DNA of 64,000 bases from Negaprion brevirostris (GCA_030324005.1 JARDVH010000001.1:104652488-104716487), one strand, 5' to 3'; positions 50,010-63,324 are shown, numbered from the stretch's first letter. Numbers and translations are program-made. Notes: generated by a model from the sequence alone, not told the origin.

Positions 50010-52160
50010 TTATTGCATTCTGATTGTCTGCTGTTTTCGTTCTTCTTGGTGGCAGAGATTGCGGGTTTGAAAAGTTGAAGTTGTATTGGTGCCATGAATC
50101 TTATTTATGATACGTGCTCTTTTCACTGTGCATCAGTAAACAATTAAGGTGTGGATTAGATATACAATCAGTGGACTGCTTTGCCTTGGATGATGTCAAG
50201 CTTTTAGAGTGTTGTTGGAGCTGCACTCATACAAGTAAGTGCACAGTTTGAATCAAACTCCTGACCTGGTAAATATTATAATCTAACCAATGGTAACATG
50301 CAGTGAGTGTCAGCTGACCAGATGACCCGTTAGACAGGGTAACCAATGTCAAAATGATGTGGCGGTGAGCTGACACGGTATAAATAAAAAGCAGATGGGG
50401 ATTGTGAGGAGGCCTAAGTGGTGGTGAAATGAAGTTTCTTTATTAAACTTTTACTTTGTGAAGTTAGTTCTTTTATTGTTTGCTACTGGAGTATTCTTAC
50501 TGCTGCATAAACAGTAAATACTGGACAGCTTTTAGAAGTTAGGAGGTGAGTTATTCACATCAAAATTACCAGCCGCAGAGTTTCTAGTTTTTGGCCTGCT
50601 CTTGTAGTCATGTTAATAATGTGGCTGGTCCAGATCAGTTTCTGGTCAGTGGTAACCCCTTGGATCATGATCTATGTTTTAGCAATGGTAATTTCATTAA
50701 GATATCCAGGGTAGATGATTGTTACCAGCCAAGTATAAGTCCAAGCCTGAATGCTGTCAAGGCTTACTGTGTGTGGCATGGATTAGTCCATTAATTGAGG
50801 AGTTGCAAATGGTAGTGAACACAATTATTAGTAAACATTCCCATCTTTGACTATTTGAACAATAAAGGTCATTGATGAAATAGTTGAAGATGGTTGGACC
50901 AAAGACACTGCCCTGAGAGAGTCCTGCAGCAATGTCCTGGGTTTGAAATGATTGGCCTCCAAAGATTACAACCATCTTCTTTTATGCTATGTGTTACTCC
51001 AGCCATTAGAGATTTTCCCCCGAATTGAAATTGCTAGAGCTCTTTGTCACTTTGAGTCAAGTTCTGCTTTGTTCTCAAGGCAGAATTTTCATCTCAGTTT
51101 TAGAATTTAGCACTTCTGTCCATGATTGAATAAAAGCTGAAATGTCAGGAGTTGATTAGTTCTGGCAGAACCCCACATGAGTGTCAGACCAGGTAAATGC
51201 TACTTGATAACACTGTCAATGGCACGTTCAATCACTTTGCTGCTAATTGGGAGTTGACTGATGGAGTGATAAATGAACATAAGAACATAAGAAACAGGAG
51301 CAGGAGTAGGCCATCTAGCCCTTCGAGCCTGCCCCGCCATTCAATAAGNNNNNNNNNNNNNNNNNNNNNNNNNNNNNNNNNNNNNNNNNNNNNNNNNNNN
51401 NNNNNNNNNNNNNNNNNNNNNNNNNNNNNNNNNNNNNNNNNNNNNNNNGCTTTTAATTTAACACTTTCCTTCACCTCCTTCGTTATCCACGGCTTATTAC
51501 CTCTCCTCCTACGGTCTTTTTTAACAATGGCCGGCATTGAATTTGTCCTGCTTTTAGTGGACAGAACATATCGGGATAATTTTCCACATTTCAAGGTAGA
51601 CACATGTTGTAACTGTACTGCCTAGGGATATGGCAAGTACCATTGTTGGAATGGTCTCATCTGTAATATCCAGGTCCTTGAAAACTGGCTTCTATAATCC
51701 TGGGGACCTCAAGAACAGGCCAAGATGAATCATCCACTTGGCACTTCTTCCTCTTCCAGTTGATTATTTAATTGTCCACCACCTATCATGGCTGAATGGG
51801 CTAAGTGTGCTGAGCTTAAATTTGGTTTGTTCTTTCAGGGATCACTTAGTCCTGTGTGTCACACGCTGCTTCCATTGTTTGGCATACAAGAAGTCATGTG
51901 TTGTAGCTTCACTAGGTTTTAGTTCTGCCCGTGCTTCTCTTGACATGCCCTCTTGCACTCTTCATTGAACCAGTATTGACCCCTGTCTTGATGGTAATGA
52001 TAGTCTGGGGGATAAGCTGGGCCATGAGGTTACAGGTTGTGGTTGAGTACAATCCTGCTGATGGCCCACAGCACCTCATGGATGCCCAGGTTTGAGTTGC
52101 TAGATCTGTTCAAAATCTATACTGATGGTAGTGTGACATAGCTTGGTGGAGGGGATCCTC
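50010..52160 (-). mobile_element. Decayed Crack-like (CR1/L2 superfamily) LINE with nested solo LTR and CR1 tail (51270-51500)
   Basis: DIAAGLSQGSVFGPTIFNYFINDL RT motif (ORF 50757-50975). The 3' tail fragment lies at 48755-48965. Confidence 0.8.
50274..50513 (+). mobile_element. Short solo LTR (~240 bp) with 5-bp TSD
   Basis: Flanked by GTAAA (50269-50273 and 50514-50518) and ends ...aaCA; starts TA, probably a mutated TG. Internal CCAAT x2, TATAAATAAAA and ATTAAA. Confidence 0.6.
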
Positions 52161-52927
52161 AATGTGTGAAAATCCACATCATTCCTGCCAATTCTACTGG
52201 AACTTCTGTACCGTCACCTACAAGACTGATTCTTGTTGGCATGCCTATCTCACCATTTGACGTTAACACCACTAGAAAAGTGAATTATACTGTCCATTGA
52301 CCTCAGTGAAGGAATGCCTCACTGGCCTTTGATTCTGGACTCTGGACCCATGTGAAGCAACACTTTTTTCCTCCTGTGGTCTCTGCACAGTGAATCTTTC
52401 TTTTCTTGATGATCCTTTTACTGCGTGAGTGCAAAGGAGGCAAGGTTGCTACCCTCCGCAGACATATAAGTATGTGCTACTAAAATAATTTTTTGAGTTT
52501 GTTCTGTCTTGAGTTTGCTGTTATTAATAATCGAAAATTGAATCACACCAAATTCAACACTGCTTAAAAAGGGGAAAGCAAATCAAAAACACCTTTCTGT
52601 TTACTGATGGATGGCAGTGAGAGGAGAAAAATAGTGCAGTTTAAATTAAACCCCTTCGCTCCTGCCTGGAACACTCCAGTCAGTCCCTTTTAACCTCCTA
52701 NNNNNNNNNNNNNNNNNNNNNNNNACGGTGTGCAAAAATGTGCAAAGAATGTCAATGTAATACTGATGGAAGTTTTTCTAACAATTCTTTCATCTTTGAG
52801 AATTCTACGCTCCATAAGCTTTTCAAAATTGAAAATGTTGCCAAACAATAGCTGGTGCGTAACAACACACACCAAGTTCCCAAGAAGATTAATCCCACTA
52901 AGAGAGGAATAGCAACACAACAGTACA

Positions 52928-53410
52928 ACTGTCATAGGCGTACTGCAGTGAGGTACGCGCCTCTGTCATAGGCATGCTGCAGTGAGGGACGCACCTCTGT
53001 CATAGGCGTACTGCAGTGAGGTATGTGCCTCTATCATAGGCGTTCTGCAGTGAGGGACATGCCTCTGTCATAGGTGTGCTGCAGTGAGGTACACACCTCT
53101 GTTATGGGGCTCCTGCAGTGAGGGGTGCTCCTCTCTCATGGGGGTGCTGCCATGAGGGATGCGCCTCTGTCATGGGACTGCTGCAGTGAGGGACTCGCCT
53201 CTGTCATAGGCATACTGCAGTGAGGGATGTGCCTCTGTCATGGGCGTACTGCAGTGAGGGATGTGCCTCTGTCATAGGTGTATTGCAGTGAAGGATGAGC
53301 CTCTGTCATGGGCGTACTGCAGTGAAGGATGCGCCTCTGTCATGGGCGTACTGCAGTGAGGGATGTGCCTCTGTCATGGGCGTACTGCAGTGAGGGATGT
53401 GCCTCTGTCA
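52928..53410 (+). repeat. 34-bp minisatellite, about 14 copies
   Basis: Head-to-tail unit gcctctgtcatgggcgtactgcagtgagggatgt (for example starting at 53231 and 53265), with no spacers. Confidence 0.95.
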
Positions 53411-53879
53411 AGGCCTTCACTGAAAAGACCTTGAGTATTAAATGGCATTTTTCTGCCTTGTCAGGTTAGGGGAATCAATCCTCTTTTTCTGTCACAAAGC
53501 CTCACCAATGATTCCACCCCNNNNNNNNNNATGGAATCCCTACAGTGCACAAGTAGGCTGTTCAAGCCATGAATTCTGTACCAATTCTCAAAGTGCATCC
53601 CACCCCTTCACCCTGTCCTCGTAACCCATTTAATTTCTTGGTGGCTGACACATTGATGTCTCTAGTTATGACTTTCTCCATACTGGGAAACTTTCTCTCT
53701 ATAATCTCAAACTTCTATTGGGAGGTTAGGATTCATAGAATAATGAGGTTATGAAAAATGGCACATTCAAATGATTTTTCTTTCTGATTCTCTAATCTTT
53801 CTAATCATCTTCACCATTTGTTTTACCAAGATATATCAGATGATAATTCCAGCAGCAGAATTGAATGTTTGTAACTAAA

Positions 53880-54200
53880 CATAGGTGAGTGCTATGTGTA
53901 CCAGTTACAAGATGCATCATAACAACTCATCCAGGTTCCTTTGATGGCACCATCCAAACATAGAACCTCTACCAGCTAGAAAGACAAGGGCGGCAGTTAC
54001 AAAGGAACACCACAATCTGGAAGTTCCCTTTCAAGCCACACATCATCTTGACTTGAAACTATATCACCATCCCTCCTCTGTCACTGGATCAAAATCCTGG
54101 AACTCCTACCCTAACAACACTGTGGGTATACCTACAGTTCAAGAAGGCAGCTCACTCCTTCTCAAAGGCACTTATAGATTAGCTGATCTTGTCTGCAATG
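53880..54200 (+). mobile_element. Crack-like LINE 3' fragment
   Basis: SVTGSKSWNSYPNNTVGIPT...KKAAH motif. Confidence 0.75.
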
Positions 54201-55189
54201 CTCATAAAGCATTTTTAAAAAGATCCCAATGTCTAATGTTGAATATATAAAAGGAGTATTAATTCCAACTTTAAAACTGAGTCGTGACATTCATGGCATA
54301 TATTTTTTAACAACATTGTCAAGAAAATGGGTTACATTTGAAACTTAAGCTCCAACACAGGACATCTGCCAATTTGTTCAGAAACATCATCACAGATATC
54401 AGTGGCTGGTTTGGTTGAGTGTTATATTTTGAGCACATGTTCTTTGTAATGTTAATTCCACTTATTAGTCCCTTTAAGATAGTTTATTCTTTCAGACGGT
54501 TATAGTATGATATGATGCTTTCGAAGTCCCTGGAATGAGTAGTCCTGAAAACCAACATGATATGGCACAATAATGGAGTCTGTCCAGCTAATAACATGTA
54601 GTTAACCAGCAGAGGGCAGTGATAAGCTTCTACCTGTTGGCCAATTAGAACTGTCCCATTCATGAGGTCAAGAGTGTGAAATTGTTGCAAGGCCCAAATG
54701 TTGCTCCTAATTTCTGACAATCTGCTTCTTGAAGCGTTGTTACTTCATTTTAATGCACATTTTATTTGCTTGATTATTGTATTTAAGATTGAGCTTGGAG
54801 GTTGAACAAGTTTGTTTCAACACTATTGCCACACAGGATAATTCCCAATAAGAATATCAAGATTGAACATAATGAGCAGCTTGAAGCATATGCAAAGTAA
54901 TAGAAACATGTAATTAAAGCTACATATATCACTCTGAAAGCCCCATGGTGTACACCTATGCAGGCAAAAATCTTCGACACTTCTGAATTAAAGAATTGGC
55001 TTGCAGATTATCTTGAGCTAAATGAGAAACTAAGTACTCTAAGTACTACCAAGTGCCAATTGCTACCAAGTGCTCTAACCTCTGAGATCGGATAGTGTGA
55101 CTGACAGGTTTTTAAACTGTACCTTGAGTAGGTCAGGAATTAGATCAATTTATTTAATCAAACGACGTGCGTTTCACTGACTAACCTAT

Positions 55190-56080
55190 CATTTATTGCC
55201 CATCTTCAATTGGCCTTGAGAATGAATTGATGAGCTGCCTTTTGAACTGTTATTGCCCAAGAGGTGTAAGCACACCTGCAGTGCTGTTAGGGAAGGAGCT
55301 CCAGGATTTTAACCCAGCAAAGTGATGGAATGTTGATGTATTTCCAAGTCAGGATGGTGACTGGCTTAGAGAGTGACCTCTAGGTGGTGGTGGTGCTCCC
55401 AAGTGTCTGGTATCCTTGTCCTTCTAGATGGTAGTGGTCATGGATTTTGAAAATGCTCCCTTAGAAGTCTTGGTGTGTTCCTGCAGTGCATCTTGTAGCT
55501 GGTACACACTGCTTCATCTGTGCATTGGTGTTGGAGGAAGTGAGTGAATATTTGTGGAAAGAGTGCCAATCAAGTGGGCTGCTTTGTCCTGGATGGTGTC
55601 AAGCTTTTTGAGTTTTATTAGAGCTCCACTCATCCAGGCAAGTGGAGAGTATTCCATCATACTCCAGGCTTGTGCCTTGTAAATAGTGGAAATCTGGAGA
55701 TGAGTTGCTCACCACAGGATTCCTAGCCTGTGGCCTGGTCTTGTAGCTATCAAATTTATATGGCTAGCCCAGTTTAGTTTCTGGTCAACTGTAAACCCCA
55801 GAGTGTCGATAGTGGGGATTCAGTGATGGTAATGTCATTGTACGTCAAAGGGGCGGTGGTTCGATTCTCTCTTGATAGAGATTGCCTGAAACGTGTGTGG
55901 TGTGAATGTTACTTGCCACTTGTCTGCTGAGGCCTGAATATTGTTCAGGTCTTGTGGCATTTGGACATGAACTGCTTCAATGGTGCTGAACATTGTGCAA
56001 TCATCAGTAAACATCCAACATCTGAGCTTACGATGGAAGGAAGGTCATTGATAAAGCAAATGAAAATGGTTAGGCCCAAG
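55190..56080 (-). mobile_element. Crack-like LINE 3' ~0.9 kb
   Basis: GLTIFICFINDLPSIVSSDVG RT motif, through to tail tttattgcccatcttcaattggccttgag. Confidence 0.85.
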
Positions 56081-57329
56081 CCTCCTATGGAGAACAATTC
56101 TTTTATCACGAGGCATTCTGGAGAGCTGTTCACCCTGTTCGTTTTCAGTTTAACATCTTTCGTCCAAGTTGTCACTAAATCGTCATCTCACCTGATTGTC
56201 ACACTGAGATTGCAGTCTCTCAATATATCAATGACCCTGCCTTTGGGATTTGGGACAAAGCTATCAGGAGGCCAAAGCAGGAATGGAAATTCAATCCTTC
56301 ACTTCTGGTAGTGCAATGGAATTAACTGATAACTCCAGATTCTCACATACAGGGCTTTGGTACAGAGGCACGTTTGCAGTGAAATGATCAGTGCGCAATG
56401 TCTAAGATTCCGATATCTGCTAAACAACTGAAGAAAGATGCATTCAGATACAACTGGCATTCATAACATGGGTGTGATTGTTGACCAGAATGTACTTGCA
56501 GTGAAAACTGGGACCTACTCAATATTAGTTAATGAGTTTAGTCCTTGATTTGTGGAATTCATGTTTTTCTTCTTATGGGGACATTTGGACATTTCCCCAT
56601 CCGCCATGGGAATTGGTGGGGGTGAGTTGAGGGTGAGGAGGGGATCGGTGTTCACTAAGAGAAGAACACTCTGGGTCTTGACGCATGGGATGATGGAGGA
56701 GCTGGACAGCAGACTGTCTAAACTCTGCACTGCGATGGACTTAACACCAGATCTCCTGTAACAGCTCAACAAACCAAGGTAAGACTTTCAAGATGGGAAG
56801 GTTCTCCGTAACAGTGAAGACACTTCCCAGTGATTCCACTCCCACTAAATAGCCCTACTCTCCCGTTGTAGGCTCAGACACTTGGAGCACCCAAACAGTT
56901 TTTGCCTCCACCAGCATGGCTGGCAGTTTATTCCAACGTTTCTCATTCAGAGCAAAGCAGTTCTGCGGTGTGAGCTGAAAGGAGAAACCGCAGCTGCAGT
57001 GTTTCAAAACGGTGCATCCCTTATCTGCTTCAAGCGTTCTTGTCAAACTTTGACATGAGGTCTAAAGAAAGTCTTCACAAGCACAAAGATATCGGGAGGC
57101 AGAACACCTGCCCTCTCTTAACTGGCACCAACTGGAACCTTCCCAGAGTTTACTGAACAGTAAAAGACTCTGAGTTGACCTCATCCGCAATTGGGGTGTG
57201 TAGCTTTTGGGTTTAGAGAAACCTACACTTTCTAGGATATGATGTTCCTGATCTTAAAGAACAGGGCATACTGTAACGTAGAAGCTTGTATTATTTAGTA
57301 TTTTATATATTTTTGATGAGCGTGGAGGC

Positions 57330-57990
57330 TTCATAAGAACACTAGCAGAGGTAATACTCAATCGAGGTCACTATTAGGATATTGTGCCCAGTTTTGGTTG
57401 CTTCCCATAAGAAAGGAGGTTTGGGGCTGGCAGAGGCTGCAGTAAAAATGATTTGCTGAGGTTAACTTTAGTTATGAGGGAACACCAAAGAAACTGGTGT
57501 TTTTCCAAAGAGGTTAAATGATGATCTGATAAGGGGGCTCAATTCTGAGAGGTTTTGATTAACTTGCATTGTTATAGCACCTTTAATGCAGTAGTTCTTC
57601 CAAGGTTCTTGACACTGAGACTCAGAAGGAGACATTGGGAGAATTGGCCAAAGTGTTAAGTTTTAAAGAAATCGTACAGGAGGAGACAGAGGCAGAGACA
57701 AGTGGGGAGGAAATTCTAGATTTTAGGGGCTAAGCAGCTGAGGGCATGGACGCCAAAGATGGAGGGATGAAAATCAGGGATGCACAAGACCTAGAAGTGG
57801 AAGAGAACAGAGATCTCGGAGATCAACAGGGCTGGTATAAGTTAGAGTAGGAAAAGGCAAATTCTTGAAGGGTTTTGGGCTTGAGGATGGCAATTATAAA
57901 ATTTGGGTGTTGCTGGAACGTAAACAGTTGTAGGTCTGTGAGTTCACAAGGCTGATGAAAGAGAGGCACTTGGTGTGAGCTAGCAAGCCT
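57330..57990. mobile_element. CR1 fragment (+) followed by L2 3' fragment (-)
   Basis: gatattgtgcccagttttgg..ccca..agaaagga (CR1); aacttgcattgttatagcacctttaat...ggggagggaaattctaga (L2 tail). Confidence 0.6.
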
Positions 57991-57999
57991 GTGGTGCTC

Positions 58000-59330
58000 A
58001 TTCAGGCATGTGGTGGGCTACAACTTTACAACCGTGGTATTTGACAGGAAATCCTGCCATGTGCGTGCATCGAGGTTTCTCGTACAACCTCCCAGTGGGT
58101 GAGGAACCCTGTTGCAAGCATGATGTTGGAAAATTAGCCCTACTATTCTTGGATTGATCTCCCCTGGCCCTTGAGAGCACCAGAACCTAAGCCTAACATT
58201 ATAGTCTACATTGTTCAATGTGGACCATTTTAGAATTGACAGATGGCAATTAAGTGGTGTCATTTGAACTAGGGTCTTGATTGGCTATCTCAGTCTCTAG
58301 CTACCTTGATGCCCTTCACTCCCTTTGATAACCAGCTGTCTGTGCAGCTCCCCTTTGAAGAAGCGAATCAAGATGGCCGCTGCTGTCAATCAACTTGACC
58401 TTCCACCCCCGCCCCCGTCAGTCTTACAGAATTCCATGTTAGTCTTTATATGGACTGGAACATATTCTGAGCTGTGTCCACACCGGATGCCCTCCACCGC
58501 AACCCCCACCCCGCCCCGCCCTGCCCCGCCCCCACCATCCTGTGCCCACACAGCAGCCCTCACACCCATTCCCTTCCCCGCGCTCCCGCCCCCTCCAGCC
58601 TCCCGGTGAAACGGTGCAAGGTGGTTTCTCATAGTGTCTGCATTTTTCCAACAGTTCATGGCATCAAGTGGACCTGCAGTAATGGGAACACCAGCGCTGG
58701 TTTCTCGGTGGAGCAGCTCGTTCAGCAGATCCTGGATAGCCATCAGACCAAGCCACAGCCTCGCACTCACAACTGCCTGTGCACCGGCAATCTGGGTAGG
58801 ACGGACCGGGGGTAACCCTTCCAATTAGCGCGTGCCTCTTGGCGGTTTACGTTTGTAGATTAATACTCTTGGGGATTTTATTTGCCATCAAAATACTGCC
58901 CCTCCCATAGCCCTCTCCTCCACTCCCTCCCCGGCTGCTGACTCCTTGCTGGTACATGTCTTTGCATAGAGCCCCCGCTGTGTGAGCCTGGACACCGAGT
59001 GTCAGCAGTTCCTTGTGCAGCCCGTGACAGCAGGCCGTGACATCCTCGTCCTCCCATCTGTCATGGGGGCAGATTCCATCAGGTCATCCGATTGCAACAA
59101 CGTCATTGCCCGCGTTTGTCATTTCTGATGGAATGATCCATGCATTTATCACTAAGGAAGTTCTGACCCCACCTCCTCTCCCCATCCACCCCCTCCCCTC
59201 CCTCCGCCCCCTCACACACATTCCAGTGAGGGAGTGGAGGGTCTCTGCGGAGCAATCAGACCTTTTCCTGAGAAGCCCCTTTCTCTATCTCAGGGAGTTC
59301 GCAAACTGAGTGTGCTGCCCTCAAATGTTG
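58000..59330. mobile_element. GC-rich Harbinger-like non-autonomous element(s)
   Basis: MITE-type end ggaaaattagccc, aagatggccgc motif and C-rich tracts, typical of this repeat class elsewhere in the window. Confidence 0.35.
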
Positions 59331-59374
59331 CACATAACCAAACCAATTAAAAAAAACAGGGAAACTTTCATTTA

Positions 59375-59690
59375 TACAGCGCCTTTCATGATCTCAGGAT
59401 ATCTGCAAGCACTCGACAACCAGTTAAGTATTTCTAAAGTGTCGCCACGGTTATAAACTAGCGAACACGGTAGCTCTTTGAGAACAGCAAGCTCCCACTG
59501 AGAGCGATTTTAACATAGGATTGGTGTTAAGCAACATTTTTGGGAAGACTCCCATGGCCTTCTTCGAAATAGTGCCTGGGGTTCTTTAATATCCTCTGGG
59601 AGAGCAGGCAGGACCTTGAGGAACATCTCTTCTGATCGTCAGCACTGCTGACATTACAATGCTGAGGATTCACTTTGGGTTTTTGCGACT
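59375..59690 (-). mobile_element. DeuSINE (SacSINE1-like)
   Basis: tttcatttatacagcgcctttcatg L2-type tail; ttcttcgaaatagtgcc.ggggttcttta Deu core. Confidence 0.7.
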
Positions 59691-60112
59691 GAGACAATGC
59701 AAAGGGGTGCATTGCATTCCACGTGGCCGCTTCCTCTTCAGACCAGGGAGGGAGTTACTGGGAGGGATGGTGGTGTGGTGAGAGGGTTGGGGCTGAGAGG
59801 GAAAAGGTGTTGGGCAGGGGATTTTTGGGATGAGGGTTGAGGTAGGAATCTGGCAGCAGTGATAGTGTGATTGGTAGGTGCTGCTGGATGGATGAGAGAC
59901 GAGGGAAGGGCGAATGGTGGGTAGCAGGAGGCAGCAGCAAGTTGATAGAAGGGGTGGGGAGGGAGTAAAGTGGGCTGATGAGAGGATGGTTGGTAGGGCC
60001 AGTGAGGGGGGANNNNNNNNNNNNNNNNNNNNNNNNNNNNNNNNNNNNNNNNNNNNNNNNNNNNNNNNNNNNNNNNNNNNNNNNNNNNNNNNNNNNNNNN
60101 NNNNNNNNNNNN

Positions 60113-60245
60113 GAATATCGTCCAATTTTCTTTGTAATTTGCTCTGATGAAGGGTCATCCAGATTCAAAAGGTTGGCTCTATTCTCTCTCCACAGATGCT
60201 GTCAGACCTGCTGAGATTTTCCAGCATTTTGTGTTTCTGCATCAT
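60113..60245 (+). mobile_element. Penelope-like terminal repeat with decayed hammerhead core
   Basis: gctCTGATGAagggtcatccagattcaaaaggttggctctattctctctccacagatgctgtcagacctgctgag. Confidence 0.75.
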
Positions 60246-60379
60246 TTATTGTTCACTATTCTCTCTAAACTGTACAGGAGCTCAGCCACAGAATATTTTG
60301 AATGTTCTCCTTGAAATGGAAGCATGTGGGACTGAGCAGCGCAACAAGCATGCTATTCACAGCAAACAGATTAGAGAGA

Positions 60380-62800
60380 ACATTAACACTGACCACACAA
60401 ACAACAGTCTCTACTCTACCTTTTGTGGTAAGGATGAAAAGTCCCCTTGAATTTTCTAGGACATTACTTGATAAAGAATTAGACAGATTAGTTCCGTATA
60501 ACAATGTTCAGAATGTTTATTGGGTAGAAATCCGTTGGCACCTGATTTCAGATATAGCCATCATGAGTGTCAGAGCAGGGATACCTGAGGCCTGAAGTAT
60601 TGGATGGAATTCAATTCCCGCACCAGGTGAGGCCTAGCTCTTTAAACTGATCAAATTCCCATACCAGCTGTTGGACCTCAGAGGGCTTCAACTCAGAGCT
60701 CCAAAAATGCAGCTTGGGCCTATGGTAGTACTAGCAGTGCCACGTGATTGAATAACCTGCAGAACAGGGCTTTGGCCACCAAGGGAATTTGGAACCAGTG
60801 ACTACAAGAGCATTGCAGTCCATAATACATAAACAGACTGAATTCACGTGGAGTCTTTCCGTTCCCTTTCCGAGATACAAATAATCCATTTTGTATGATC
60901 CTTTAATGGCTAACAATCTTTTGCTATCCTTGGAGTGGGACTGCTTATTTTTTCCTATGGTAATCATTATTCAGGAGTTCAATAGCAGTAGGTTCTATTC
61001 GATGGAGGTGACATCATTTGGTTTATTTTCCAGTTATCTTTTTGTATTTCTCATCCATTAAGTTTTTAATTTCTTTAATGGAATAGCCTTCATCTGAGTG
61101 GCTGATTCTCACCCTGTGTATACCTTTGTTTTGGACTAATATGTTGCATTGTCATTCAGAATTATTTTTCTTCGGTGGGCTAACATTCTTGTCCCCCTGT
61201 ACCCTTTGGTCTCGATTATCTGAATGCTAGTTTCTACGGGTTTGACCATTTCCTATAACTTATTTGCCATGGATGAGACCATTAAGGTCTTGTGACAGAG
61301 TTTGAGTGTGTTACTGATTCCCTCATTTAATTTATATTGCTGCTTTTCATAGGAAGGTAGCCTGTGGAGTAGATAGATGTGAGTTCAATTTTGTTTCTCT
61401 CTTCCAGAGATACTACTAAGGTGAATATCAAGTTTTGGGTCTTTTTCAAGATGAGGTAACTAGATGCTATGTCCAAAGATGAATACCAACCTTATTTTTT
61501 ACTTCAGCAGTAGACGACAATGAAACATTCAGACAAATTCTGCATCATCCGTAGTTGGACTATTTCTCTAGTTGCAAAATATATTCGGTATAACCTATCA
61601 TAGAAATCAGATCTTTCCCTTTTAATTGCTTCATTTTATGCATGGTCAGCTATAATGTCATCTATATCATGGAATGTATCATCTTTCTGTTTTAGTCACT
61701 ATGTCATGATAGCTCTGCCAGCTACAGAAGGCAGTTCTTACCCTGACTGAACCTCAGGGATCATGAGAAGCAGGAAGTGAATTCTATCCTCCACCCTATC
61801 ATTATTCTTAACCAATTTAGGTGAGTGTTAACAGTTGTTAAATTTTCCAGAGGATAATTGTTGAATTTTTGTAGATTAAGTTAGACTGTTCGCAATCTCC
61901 GTTTAACCCAGAGATGAGCTTCCAAATATCTGTGCCACAACTAAGTTTGTCTTTTTCCAACTCCGTAACATTGCCTGACTCCACCCCTACCTCAGATCAT
62001 CTGCTGTTAAAATGCTCATTCACATCTTTGTTACTGCTAGCTTTGACTATTCTAGCACACTCTTGTCTAGCACCCCACATGCTGCCTTCTGTAACTCCTT
62101 AAAATCTATCTCTTTGACAAGGTTTCAGCCATCTCCTTTAATATGGTGAATTACTTTGATTTATAATGTTTGTGAAGTGACATGGGATATTTTCTTACAT
62201 TGAAGTTACTGTATAAATATGTTTTTGTCATTGTAAACTAATGCAGCATTGCAATAGTTTTAATCAGATGACCTGTTTCTTATCTTTGGAATCCCTTTGT
62301 TCCAGTTCTAGGTTTTTTTGTAAATAAGCTTGGATACCATCCAACTCTCCAACTCTCAAGCTTTTGAGATCTTAATTCTTTCTAACATTTCCGTTTGCTC
62401 TTTTGTTAACTTCAGCCTACTGGTCACACTGTAATCTAGCTCAAATTGAGTTATTACTGCGGATACATGTGGATTACTTTTACATTCTGCTCTCTGCTCA
62501 ACTAGTCTTTGCCTCTCCTGTGAGCATATTTTCAGAACTAAAAGTTAAGATTCATTTTAGGCTAATTGTGGCCTTAACTTCTTTCTGGTTCACTTATTGG
62601 ATGAAATCCAATTTTGACTTAATGGTTGTGTAAACTTTCCCTCTTAAGGCATTTTCTTCCAAGACTAGCTTTGTTTACATACCAGCTTTCCCTGTGCCAA
62701 CTGTTGTTTAAACTCTGTTAGCTCAACTCTTAACCTTTGAGTTAACATTAATGTAACAAGGGGAAAGTAACAGCTAAAGTTGATCACTTTCAGACCTTTC
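60380..62800 (-). mobile_element. Highly decayed LTR retroelement gag-protease remnant (Gypsy/ERV-like), with an L2 fragment at about 61960-62220
   Basis: Manual translation gives MKQLKGK../SDFYDRLYRIYFAT at about 61640-61570, resembling the Gag major homology region. CNALVVTGS (about 60795-60820) resembles the aspartic protease ALVDTGS. Confidence 0.45.
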
Positions 62801-63324
62801 TATTGGAATTCCACTTTATCTAAGTGAATTGAGGTTGTGTAATACCTGNNNNNNNNNNNNNNNNNNNNNNNNGTTCAGGCTTTGAGTTTTTTTAAGATTT
62901 ATTTTATCTCTTGTTCAATGCTTTAAGGTCCTTTGGGTATCAGATTGTATTTGCTGTAAAAGTACTGACTGTTCTTGTAGCTGCTATTCTAATGCTGATA
63001 TTCTAACAGAGGAATCTATAACTTTGATGTCTGTGTGGTGATATTTTCTGTTGCATTAAGACTGAAAATTTCTAAGGGATTTTTCTGATCTGAAGGGCTC
63101 TTAATGTGTTTCATTGGATTATTTTTGCCACATATGGGGTGTTTGGGGTGAATGATGGGAGTCTTGTGGAGGTGAATTGGGGAGTGGGGTGACCCTTGGA
63201 TGTGTATTACTGGAGGAATGGAGGTGTCCTGTGAGGGGTTGTCAGTGGGGACTCCCATTGGGGTCACTAACTATTCCCTCTCATCTGAGTCATTATGTGA
63301 TGTTATAATGAATGATAACTCTGA

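Noticed and set aside
52928-53410. Regular 34-bp repeats resembling a CRISPR array
   Set aside because: The units are contiguous with no unique spacers, there are no cas genes, and the context is vertebrate. It is a minisatellite.
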